Assembly (NCBI GenBank): GCA_026770705.1
Contig: JANJGN010000026.1
Coordinates: forward strand, 33,294,001 to 33,358,000
Source: Isurus oxyrinchus
Lineage: Eukaryota
Length of the DNA stretch: 64,000 nt
Reading direction: 5' to 3'
Made by a program: the position numbers and the translations under genes
Part shown: in pieces, positions 12,251 through 22,565 of the stretch
How the letters are laid out: each line of letters starts with the position of its first letter
Numbering within the stretch: position 1 is the stretch's first letter
The notes under the pieces: generated by a model
What the model was told of the DNA's origin: nothing
What the model saw: the letters and a program-made list of their open reading frames with translations, nothing else
The model's database searches: none

Positions 12251-12878
12251 GGAATCTATCTCAGAATAGCACAATCTAGTTTCTTACATCCAGGTCACCA
12301 TAAGAAGACAAGTGTTATTCGTGGGAGCGTTGCTGAGCTGGAAGTCAGTGAATAGAAGCAGCTCGAGCTGCGCTGCAGCCAGTGTCCTCATTGTGGGAAT
12401 AGTTCCGCTGCTAGAGACCGGGGTTGGGCATAAGAGTCCGGTACGTTCATTAGGGACTGTCTTGATGTCCTGGGCCCACATCCCACCTTTAACAAACACC
12501 ACGCAATACGAACACATGCACCGACCTCCCGGGGTAAGGAGGGCGGCAGCACAACTGGCAGAAAGAAAAGCTCCCTAACCCCAGCCCTGTACAACAGAGT
12601 ATTGTGGGAGAGGATTTCACATCCGGGTCACAATCCCAATGTAGAGTCAGAAAATTGCAGCCTCCTTTTATCAACCTGCCTCTTATTCACAAAACATTTA
12701 GCCAGCGACCCAAGAACCGTGCGGCCCATCAATGATCTCAGCTAAGCTGCCCTTTGTAAATCAACTCGATCCCCTAAGGTATTTCAGTCCAGCCCTGAAG
12801 TCCGGTCTCCCAGTGCAGTCCAGGGCTGCAGTCTCCAGCTCCCCGTCACATAAACCCCCAGCTCTAGGCAGCAGAGCG

Positions 12879-13357
12879 ATGGGAATCCTCCTTGTTTTCA
12901 CCATGTGTGTCTGTATACCCCGTGAGTACCGATCAAACAAACCGACATGTTGTGGGTTTAATATAAAGCTGCTCGAGTCCATCCCAATTACAGAAAATGT
13001 CTGCGGGTTTAACCCCGCTCCGTGGTTCGGCTCTGATGGTCCATTACACTCTCTCTGTTTAATTTCCAGGCTCTTTCAGTCAGTCAGTGACACAGACCCC
13101 AGCAGCGGTGACCAGGAAGGAGTGTCAGTCTCTCACCATCACTTGTATTTATTATGGTTATTATTATTTACAAAATGGACATTTCTTCAAACAAACCCAG
13201 ACCGGGACAGAGTGGGAGCAGATCTCCAGCGGGGAGAGATTTGTTGTGTCGGTGAATAAAGCAGGAAAGACATTTTCACTGGAAATTCGGGACGTGAGAG
13301 TTGAAGACACCGCCAACTATTACTGTAAAGCTCAGTACAGGTACAACATTGGTTAAT
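12879..13357 (+). CDS. NAR-TCR V segment (IgNAR-like V), intact: leader 12879-12921, V exon 13070-13357
   Basis: Spliced GT-AG product: MGILLVFTMCVCIPRSFSQSVTQTPAAVTRKECQSLTITCIYYGYYYLQNGHFFKQTQTGTEWEQISSGERFVVSVNKAGKTFSLEIRDVRVEDTANYYCKAQYRYNIG*. VNAR-like (short FR2, no CDR2, KTFSLEI..V.VEDT..YYCKA) with an extra FR1 Cys (KEC). Confidence 0.93.
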
Positions 13358-13385
13358 CACAGAGGAAAAGGCCTGAACAAATAGC
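13358..13385 (+). other. 12-bp-spacer RSS of the NAR-TCR V
   Basis: CACAGAG (13358-13364), GAAAAGGCCTGA (12 bp), ACAAATAGC (13377-13385). Confidence 0.8.
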
Positions 13386-13731
13386 TCCGTACAATTAAAA
13401 TATATATTCTCCGGGCCCAGATAGTCGGGTTGATGTTATCATCGCTGGAATCTGATTACATTTTATTGTAATTTCCACCATTCCATTATCTTTCTTTGAT
13501 ATTTGTCTCGGTTTATATGAAGCGAACATCTCGTTCCCTGGACCAGTTACTCAGCGCTCAGGGCCTCACAAAGCACAGTGTGAGCCGGCAGACATTTTGA
13601 AACATTGAATATTGTTTATTTTTTTCAATCCGCTGAATATATGGCAGTTTCTACTGTCTGGTGATGATTTCCCGCCAGGTTGAGTTGTCGGTGGTTCTTG
13701 TGCCAGGGAGACTGAGAGCAGTGTTACTGTG

Positions 13732-13784
13732 GTGGAAATATGATTCTGTGGATGGATCCGGTACGATGTTGACTGTCATAGCCG
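13732..13784 (+). CDS. NAR-TCR J segment with upstream 23-RSS (13693-13731)
   Basis: GGTTCTTGT, 23 bp, TACTGTG, then WKYDSVDGSGTMLTVIA and donor G/GTAAGT at 13785. The phase matches the acceptor at 16399. Confidence 0.9.
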
Positions 13785-14479
13785 GTAAGTGACTCCAGCC
13801 ACCCTCCCCCTCACACATGTTGCGGCCTGTCCTAGCTAATGTTCACCCGCTGCTTTTTATTGTGATCAGTGTCAGTTCAGTCCCACGAAAAGGAAAACAG
13901 ATGGTTTTCATAAGGAAACCTCTCTGTTGGCTTTTTCGATTTGGGGGCAGAATATTATTCAGGAGCCGGGTCGAATGTCTAGGTGAAACTATGTGTGAGA
14001 TCTGTCGGACTAGGCGGTCAACGGGATCAGGGTGGGTGGAGGATGGAGTGTGGGGACGTGGGGGAGGGGATTTTAAGTTTGGAGGAGCATGAGGGTTCGC
14101 TGCATCTGAACCATTATTAGTTTCACTGGTACATCGGGGGCCATCAATCCCTCTGATTCACAATCCTAATCATTTGTAAGTTTGGAATTGCTAACATTTA
14201 TCTCTTTTGAATGTAGATTTTTGAGATACTGGATTGCTTTAATTTATCTGTATCTGTGATTTCTGCAAATTAAAACAACACAGAGCAGTGGGAGAGTGAG
14301 GATGATGCACTAAACTGCTAGAAGGGAACAGGAACAAAAGAGAACAATAATCATCGAAATCAAGAGAAAGGTTGGATGATTTCTGGGGGCCGTTCAAAAT
14401 TCTTCCTGGCACGAGGGTGGGGGGTGAGGTTTATGGAGGGAAAGGCTGCAATGGGTCCAGTCCGGAATGCTAGGTAAAC

Positions 14480-15480
14480 GCTTGGCCTCTTTGTTAGGGA
14501 AAGATCTAAATCCTTTGGAGTGAGTGCAACAAAGTTTCATCAGACTGATTGCTGAGATAAAGTCTTACGAGAAGAGATTGAGTTGTCTGGGTCTATATTG
14601 CCCCGGGTTTCGAGGAATTGAGATGTAATCTCATTTGAAACATGTAATATGGAAGACAGGGCAGATTCCCGGTGGATGTTTCCCAAGGCTGGAAAGTCTA
14701 TAACTATGGGTCAAAGTTTCAGAATAAACATTCGGCCATTAGAACTCAGAAGAGGAGAAGTCAAACCATTGTTGTGAGTCTGTACCTCAGAGAGCTTTGG
14801 ATACTCAGTGCTGACTGTACTTAGGACGGTATTCGATAGATCTTTGGATACTAAAAGAATGAAGGGATATGGGGGCACTGCTGTAATGTGATTTTGAGGA
14901 TGGAGATCAGCGACGATGTTATTGAATGGCAGAGCAGGTTTGAAAGGTGCTATAGCGGCCTCTCCATCTTTTTGTTAGGTTCTCTGCTTTGATTTCTTAC
15001 ATTCCTGAGAAATGCAATCAGCAACAATCCACGTCTCTCTAGAACGATTGAACAGGCTGGGCCACTTTTCACTGTAAAAGAGGAAACCGAGGAGATATCA
15101 GAGAAACCTTTTAATTATGAATGTGTTCAATCGGGTGGATGTGGAGCAACTGGTAATTTGTGGCTGAGTCCAGAGCAATAGGAGATTATTATAAGGTAGC
15201 CACTAATTGAAAATAAAAGGCATTAAGAAAAATACATTTGCATGAACACCTGTCAGAATGTGGAACTGGAGGTCACATGGATTGGCTGGAGCAGAGAGCA
15301 TTGATAGATTTATGAGAAGAATTCAAAATACAAGAGGAAGAGCGGAATAAACAGGCAGAAGGATGTGGACCGAATTGGTCATTTAGATTTCGGGCAGGAA
15401 GGGCTGGTTTGGAGTGTAAACATAGGCATCAATCAATTAAGCCGAATGGCCTATTCCTCTTCTGCAGATTGTGTATAATG
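14480..15480 (+). mobile_element. Two old CR1-type LINE 3' fragments in the intron between J and the supporting V
   Basis: Degenerate similarity to 40900-41435 (GAAGAGATTGAG..CTGGG, TTGAATGGCAGAGCAGG, GCCGAATGGCCT). Confidence 0.6.
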
Positions 15481-16399
15481 TAAAACCTTCGAGAATACTC
15501 CGCTCAGAGAACCAGGGACAGAATCAGTCAATGAGCGGAAGGAATTGAAATTGTCAGAGAGCCGGAACAGACAGCTCCCAGTGAGTAACAGGGAAACCAC
15601 TGCGGAAACTGAACAGACTGATCCCAACCGACAACTGAGAGAGATTGGGACAAGTTCCCACGATTGCAAAAAGCGCAAACAGCACATTAACGTAAAATAA
15701 AGTGAGAGTAACTGTAATTATTTCAAATTAAAAGGACACGGAGAAATTTGGGCCCTCATGTTAGATGAATATAGAGAAACAGATCAAAAAGCTGATAGAA
15801 ACTCCCGAGCAGTGGTCAACTCCAGCAAATGATTAACCTTTGACCACCTATGTTCACTATCGGTTTGGCCCAATCAGTGCTGATGAATCTCATCAAGTTA
15901 TTATGGATCTTGCTTTGATGCTAAACAGTTCGGTTAGTCTCGGGCAATTATTTTGGAAACTGATTGCTTCGCTGATAATAAAATGTCCCTTCTGGAAAAA
16001 TAGAAACAGAAATGTAATATACATTACATGCTGCACTGCAGTTGAAATCCGGTCCATCCTGTCGGTGCTGCCCCTCTAAAAATGCAACCCAATTATCCCC
16101 ACTACTCTCTTTCCCCGTAGCCCTGTGTTTTTCCATGTTCCAACATTTATCCATTACTCGTTTGGAAAACACCCTTAACCAATTTCACCGTCTGTTCAGA
16201 CAATGCATGCCAAATAGTAAGAACTCGCTCTGAAACACAAAATAACACCTCATCCTTTCACTGCTTCATATTTCAATAACAGTGAATGAAGGTAAAGCAT
16301 GTTATAAATTAAACAAACTCACCCAAAACCACAGCATCTACTGCGATTAACAAGTTTCCCAGTCTCTAAATAGATTAAGATCAAATTTTTCTCCTGCAG

Positions 16400-16705
16400 A
16401 TTCCAGTTCCATTGTATCCCAGAATCCGCCTGTCCAAACCTCTGCTGTGGGTGACACCGTTACTTTAAGCTGTGAGTATTCAGGTGTCTGTCAGTACACA
16501 GTACACTGGTACCGTCAGTCCCCAGGACAGGCTCCGGATTACTTGCTTCAGAGACATGCTTCAGGAGAAGAGGATAAAGAAAACACTGTTGGGGGGAGAA
16601 GTTCTGCTTCTATCGATCCTGCCGAGAAAATCAGCCGGTTAAATATCTCCAAACTACAACTGAGCGATTCCGCTGGGTATTACTGTGCACTGAGACAGCG
16701 CACAG
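16400..16705 (+). CDS. Supporting TCR-delta V (leaderless membrane-proximal V of NAR-TCR), intact
   Basis: Acceptor CTCCTGCAG at 16399. Exon (D)SSSIVSQNPPVQTSAVGDTVTLSCEYSGVCQYTVHWYRQSPGQAPDYLLQRHASGEEDKENTVGGRSSASIDPAEKISRLNISKLQLSDSAGYYCALRQRT. CDR1 cysteine present. No leader exon seen upstream. In frame with the J donor. Confidence 0.93.
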
Positions 16706-16802
16706 CACAGTGATACAGAGCACGGAGGGTGCCATACAAAAACCTGAACATGGAGGGATTAGACACAGTGATAAAGAGCAGGGAGAGAGCTGTACAAAAC
16801 CT
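16706..16802 (+). other. Two tandem 23-RSSs after the supporting V
   Basis: CACAGTG (16706), 23 bp, ACAAAAACC (16736-16744), and CACAGTG (16764), 23 bp, ACAAAACCT (16794-16802). Period 58 bp, with a decayed third unit near 16825. Confidence 0.92.
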
Positions 16803-18339
16803 GAACATGGTGGGATTACAGACATACAATGACACAGAGTGCAGGGATATTGGGAACTCAAACATTATTCACGAACATTTTCTCAAAGGTTGTCCGCATT
16901 TTACCGCACAGGATAAAGTGCTTAAACTGATCAGGTCTGCATTTCCTTCTCGCTCCTCCCACCCTTGAATTTTCCTCTCTGCCCAATGCTCCTGTGAATA
17001 TACTTCATGAAATTATTTCACATTCTCACACTCCATTATTTCCCATGAATCGGTATTTTACCGATTCATAATAACTCAAGTGAGTTTATTGCCACCTTTT
17101 TCTACGGGGACCGGGAGATTTTTTTTCTCTCTCTTGTTTGGTCCAGTCCGCCTTTTACCGATTGAGTTGATAAGAAGTCACCGCCTCCTGTGATTTCCCG
17201 GATTCTGCCTACGATCGGCTGAGAGATTCCCTCAACTCAACAGGACATTTACTGTCTGTTGGAACCGAAAACTGGGGCACCTCTCGACTAGAAAGGATTT
17301 AGATCCAGACATGTAAGATAGCATCTCCCACAATTGAGCGTAGCTGGGAGTGGCCTCTATCTGTGACACGGACCGCTCTGCACTCGGGACAAACGGGCCA
17401 CACATGAGGACTGGAACAACACAGCCTCTTACAATCGGCCTGTTCTATTTTAATCAACCGCCGCAGCTGCGCAGCGGGTTACTGGCCTCAAACATGACCG
17501 AAATCAAGTTTTATGAAGCTGATCAATGATTTCCCCATAATGGATGACGTCAAAATGCCTTCTATCAGTCACAGCCCATGTTTCACCCAATCAACCAGGG
17601 CCAGGGGGTCGGGGATCGGTGGGTGGGGTAACAGCCGGGAGTGGGGCGCCTCCAGCTCAGCTGATAGCCTGGGCATAAGAATGGAGGCTATTTGACTAAA
17701 GGATGTAATCAGGAGCGAAATGGTGCTGGGCAAATAAATTACAACTGTTTCAAAGTCTGGATTTAGCTCAGTTTAGGGCCCCATTGTTCATAATTGATAT
17801 TAGAACATGCCTGGAGGCCGGATGTTACGTCACTATCCGTGTTCTCCTCTGTCTCCCCTGAGCAATTAGAGCTGCTCCGTCAGGTCTCACTACCTTCTCC
17901 CATTCCTCACTTAGATCAAGGGGGCGCTAATAAGATGATTTTGACCAGGTTCTCTCTTTCACCTGGTGAATCCTGTAAAGGGTACAAAGATATGAAGTCG
18001 AGGTAACTCTTTTTAGGCGAGGCCCCCAGAAGAAGTCCAGAATAAGCGTTGCCCACAAGTTGTTCATGCCCTGACAAGGTGTCTCAGGGAGTCTCCCAAT
18101 GTGGTTCACTTCACAGGTGCAGCAACAATGAGCATGAAAGGGTGACCCCCTGTCAGTGGCGAGCGTCCCTTTAAACTGCGTTTGCAATTAACACCAAGAT
18201 CGTGTTTTTTCCCCATCACCTGGACTCTGTTGGAGAGTGATTTACTTGAAGAATTTGCACCAACCGCTGTGCAGCATCTTTAAGTAAAGCGAGCACGCAT
18301 TTTTGCAGCCTCACTGCGGCTCCCAGCTCTGACTTCAAC

Positions 18340-18640
18340 TTCTTTATCGACATTACCTCGTGACCCCGAGTTCCATACTCCTCAGTTTGGGGAAACTTCC
18401 ACCCAGTATCTGCCCTGTAAAGCCCCTGAAGAATACTATTTGTGTTCATGAGATCACCTCTCATCCTCTTAAACTCTAGGGATTATAGGCCCGGGCTACT
18501 CAATCTCTTCCCATTGGACAATCCATTCATCTCAGGAATCACCCTGATGCACCTTTGCTGCACTCCTTCCAAAGCATCTTGATCTCTCTTCTGTAAAGAC
18601 ACCAAAACTTTACACAGTATTTCAGACTGGAGTCCATTTC
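18340..18640 (-). mobile_element. CR1-type LINE fragment
   Basis: Minus-strand peptides LKYCVKFW and MRGDLMNTNSILQGLYRADTGWKFP resemble the CR1 ORF2 C-terminus. Confidence 0.65.
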
Positions 18641-19219
18641 AGTCCTCTCCTGCATAAAACTCACCCAACATCCTGGGGTCGGATTGCACTTTGAAAGGCG
18701 GCCAGAGATCATCCAATCCTTTTCTCCCTTTGGACGAGCTATTTCTTGCTGGTTGTCAATGAACATGCCACCAGTTTCTAATGGTTCCCTTATGTTCATG
18801 TTCTCCTTTATAAGATTAATGCATCATCCTTATTCTCTCACTGCACTATGTTGTTTCCATTAACATTAATCAGGGATACAGATAAATTACAGCAATCCCA
18901 ACTCTCAACATCTGCTTTAAAATAGAGAGAAGTGTCTGCAGTTCCAAACTTTCACGTTTCAGCCTGAGGGCTGAAAAGGAGGAGAGTGATTGGTTCTACG
19001 AAGACAATTGAAAGATATGGCGGGGACAATGTCGCTAATTTCAGTCATTGATTGTCCAATAATAAAATTCCATATTTACCCACATCAGGATCACTTATAT
19101 CTGAAGTCCGTTGTGTCACTCTCCCGTTTTTCTCCCGGGTCAGGTATTGAACAAGCCACTGCAGGTATCCAAACTTGCCGCAGTTGTGTTGAGTTTATTC
19201 ACCTGGCGCCTCATTCACA

Positions 19220-19505
19220 TTGTACGGCTTGAGAGACTTGCAGCTGTTAACCGTTTACACTGTTCAGTTTCTGAATTCCAAACAGAACGGTTAAACGAGT
19301 GGTTTCTGCAGTGCGGCCGCCGACAGCTCGAAGACCATTGATCAGCGGAACCGGTTTTAGTCACGTTGAAATCACACAATGGGACAAAATTAAAACACAA
19401 TTTGCTGGAATTCAGAAATTGAACCGGATTTTATAGAATGAGCTGTTGGCTCTCTCTCTCTCTCTCTCTCTTTGTCTGTCTATTTCTCCCTGCCTCTATA
19501 TCTTT
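19220..19505. repeat. About 290-bp dispersed repeat, second copy at about 23805-24065
   Basis: Both start GCAGCTGTTAACCGTT, share CACAATGGGACAAAATTAAAACACAATTTGCTGGAA.TCAGAAATTGAACCG and run into (CT)n. Confidence 0.85.
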
Positions 19506-19810
19506 CCTTCTTTCCCTGTCTCTGTCTGGGCCTCTCTCCCTTTGTCTATTGCATTCTCCTTCCCTTTCTAAATTTCTGTCTTTGTTGTTGTGTCTCTCAG
19601 TTGTCTCTCGCAATCTCTCTCTCTCTCTCTCCCTCTCTCTCTCCCTCTCTCCCTCTTTCTCTCTCACCCCCTCCCGTCTCTCTCGCACACACACTTTCTG
19701 CTCTCTGCATCAATCTTTGTCTCCATCCTATGACTCTTTCTGAGTGTCTCGGCATATTTTCCTCCTTTTCTCTCCCTCATCTCTCACTTTCTCTCTTTCA
19801 TTCTACTTTC
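19450..19810. repeat. (CT)n-rich low-complexity tract
   Basis: Directly visible. Confidence 0.9.
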
Positions 19811-20083
19811 CTTGGCTTTCATGCTCTACTTTCATTGGTTCCAATCGAAAGTGTCACTTTTCCCTTTTTTGTTCAGAATCCGAAATATTCGCAAACTTGA
19901 CTTTCCGTCAATAAAACGTATTAACTTTGGATGCAAATTTACAGCCGGAAAGCGTCGGTTTCTGATTCTGGTGCTGTCAGAGGTGAAGATTCAGTGTTCA
20001 CAAAATGAACTCCCACCATTCAGGTATTATGGCAGCCTAGCGATATTTTCCGTACAGTGCCTATATCGGTTTGTATCACTGAA

Positions 20084-20383
20084 TATTCAGCACACAATAA
20101 AACATCCCACTGTCACTCAGTTCTACATCTTTCAGGATTAAACTGAAAAAACGATCTGATACCCGGAGTGTTGAATAGATTCGGCCGCCCACACGCTCTG
20201 CTTACTGCCCTCCCTCTGAATTCATTTTGATTTTCAGTGTCAGCGCCTTCTCGTTTCTTTGGTGCCAGAAAAGATCATATCGGCGGCGACCTGTGGAGTT
20301 TCAACAGGGCAATACCATTCATCCTTTCTCCAAACATGATACTGATGATGCAGGTTGCTTAATTGTATTTGAATAGTACAGAC
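20084..20383 (-). pseudogene. TCR V pseudogene (V6), inverted orientation, not in the ORF track
   Basis: Minus strand reads LYYSNTIKQPASSVSCLEKG*MVLPC*NSTGRRRYDLFWHQRNEKALTLKIKMNSEGGQ*AERVGGRIYSTLRVSDRFFSLILKDVELSDSGMFYCVLN. RSS TTCAGTG, 23 bp, ACGGAAAAT (20083 to 20045). Confidence 0.85.
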
Positions 20384-20469
20384 TTTCGAATAGTCAATGA
20401 ACAGAAGACAAATGGATGTTTAGATACTGGAGGCAACAATAAATCCTCGTTCCTTTCCTTCATCGCACC

Positions 20470-21200
20470 AACATTGTATGAGGCCATTCAGCTCATCGTG
20501 TCAGTGTAGCCTCTTTGGCAGAGGCACCAAATTGTTCGCACTTCACTGTTCACCCTGCTTTGTCTTGCAAAGGTTTCCATTTCAAGTAGTTACCCAATTA
20601 TGTTTTTGTCATTTGTTATTGAAACTGCTTCCACCAACCTATCCGGCAGGGCATTCCACAACTCAACAGCTTAGAGTGCAAATAAATGGCTGCTCAGGTT
20701 GCCTTTGATTCTTTTGCGAATTAATTCAAATCCAAGTTCTCTGATTACTGAGATTTCCGCCGGTGGATGCAACTTCCCTTATTTATTCAACTAAAACAGT
20801 TCATAATTGTTCATATCTCCATCGCATGTCCTCTCAATCGTTTCTGTTCAACACAGAACAACCGCAGATTCTCAAGTCGCTCCACAAAGCTAAAGCCTCT
20901 CATCAGTTGAAGCTTCCTAATAAATCTCTCCCGCACCTTCTGCAAGACCGTCAAATCATTCATCAGGTGTGGTTCACATATTTATACACAACAGTCCAAC
21001 TGAGAACTTAACAGCTTTCTAGAAATGTTTAGCAAAGCATCCTAATCCTATTGATAAAATCAAGAATTTAAATTCTTTTTTACAGCAGTCCCAGCCTCCA
21101 CTACCAACTTCAAACGTTTGTGCACTTTGCAAAGTCTCCATCTCTCAGTTCCGACAGCGCCAATGAACTTGCATCATTATGTTCATATCGGATATCCTCA
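20470..21200 (-). mobile_element. Old CR1-type LINE 3' fragment
   Basis: AGGCCATTCAGCTCATCG tail and degenerate similarity to other LINE copies. Confidence 0.55.
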
Positions 21201-22369
21201 TCACCTTCAGGCATGAAGAAAGTCAAACAGATAGGTGAGCAAAAAGTATCTGGAGAGGTGCAGAAGGGCTAACTGCAAGATACAGAACCATATGTAGATA
21301 ACTGTTGAATACCTTTAACAGAATGCACATCACTTAACTTGCTGGGATTGGGGGGTCTGGTGGTTGGGGGTTCCAAACAATTACATATTGTGTGGAGTCA
21401 GGATGTCACATTGGAAAGACAGGGATAGTTTTTTTGTACGGGCCTCTCGTTGTCTGGTGACGTTCTGTTTCCTAGAACCTAGCTATCCACAGTGCTGTCA
21501 GACAACTTCGCCTAGTGAATGGTTAAATGGACCGTTCTTGCAGCTTTATGTAAGGTAGCACATATCACATGCTTCCCAAAGATGTTTGTTATGCCTTGGC
21601 AGGCCTGGATGTGTGCCAGACGGACCAAACCCACAAGGGAAACTTGGCCACGTTATCACAGTTTTGCAATTTGTTTTTATTCCGAGAAGTTTTGTGCACT
21701 GAATTCAGAAGTAATGAGCCTACTGGAACCTTTAGAGATTTTTTAAAAACCATATTTAAACATATATTAACAACAGGAAATATTTCAAACACACACACAT
21801 ACGTTTAGAGTTGCTGAGTACTATAACAAATATCTAACTTCCTAATTTACCTGATTTCAACCTGCACACACCTATTGGGGAAATATTCTAAAATAGATTT
21901 TAAATTAAAATAAATACAAGCAAGCAAGGTTAGCAAAGGACACACTCGACAGCAGAATTCCAAAGGCTTTTACCCAACTTTAGCTCCTCGACACAGTTGA
22001 CGTTTGCTCACATGGTTAGAGGCTTCCCCAAGGCTATTTCACACACTCCTGTTAGATCTTACATACTTCCTGAAACACGGGCCCCATTACCTCAGTGGGT
22101 TGAATGATTGTGAATATCGGTGTCAAGCAGATGAAAGGCAGCATGTTATCAGATTAAGAAACACACCAGCAACAGAGGCTCAGGCCCACAGCAAAAACTT
22201 CATAAATCCTGAACAATATGGTATTGGGCACAATCAACCCTCCGAGTGAACAGTGGAGTTACATGAGTCAGCCACCTGAAAAATTCAAAGGAATTTAAAT
22301 CTCTGCGATCCATGTGTGGAAATGGCAGCTTCGATGACAGGCTGACAGGTCGTTCGACATATGTCAATT

Positions 22370-22565
22370 TCCATTACCCCCCGAATCAACATCACTGAAG
22401 CAGATCACCAGGTCATTATCACCTTGTTCTTTGTGGGAGCTTGAGGTGGTAAATTGCCTGCCATGTTTCCCACATAAAGACACTCCAAAGCCTTCTTTGG
22501 TTGTAAAGTGCTTTTTAAAGTTCTGATGTCATGAAAGGCACTGTATAAATACATGTTCTTCTTTC
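22370..22565 (+). mobile_element. DeuSINE/SacSINE-like element 3' part (others about 27010-27330 -, 39725-39800 +, 8480-8650 -)
   Basis: TTTGTGGGAGCTTG...AAATTGCCTGCCATGTTTCC...TTGGTTGTAAAGTGCTTT...ATGAAAGGCACTGTATAAAT matches the Deu-domain SINE pattern as recalled. Confidence 0.65.

Noticed and set aside
12290-12520. Minus-strand LLFTDFQLSNAPTNNTC resembling V FR3
   Set aside because: No supporting Cys/Trp framework or RSS.
12732-13259. 175-aa ORF (and the 207-aa ORF at 60134-60757) as standalone genes
   Set aside because: They are read-throughs of promoter, leader and intron. The real product needs splicing, and the 207-aa ORF only reaches the V frame because of the frameshift.
13574-13612. 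Perfect CACAGTG between the NAR V and J as a possible D 3' RSS
   Set aside because: No acceptable nonamer at 12 or 23 bp and no matching 5' RSS upstream.
17545-17552. Perfect CRE palindrome TGACGTCA
   Set aside because: No associated leader or V exon was found, and a single 8-mer is expected by chance in 64 kb.
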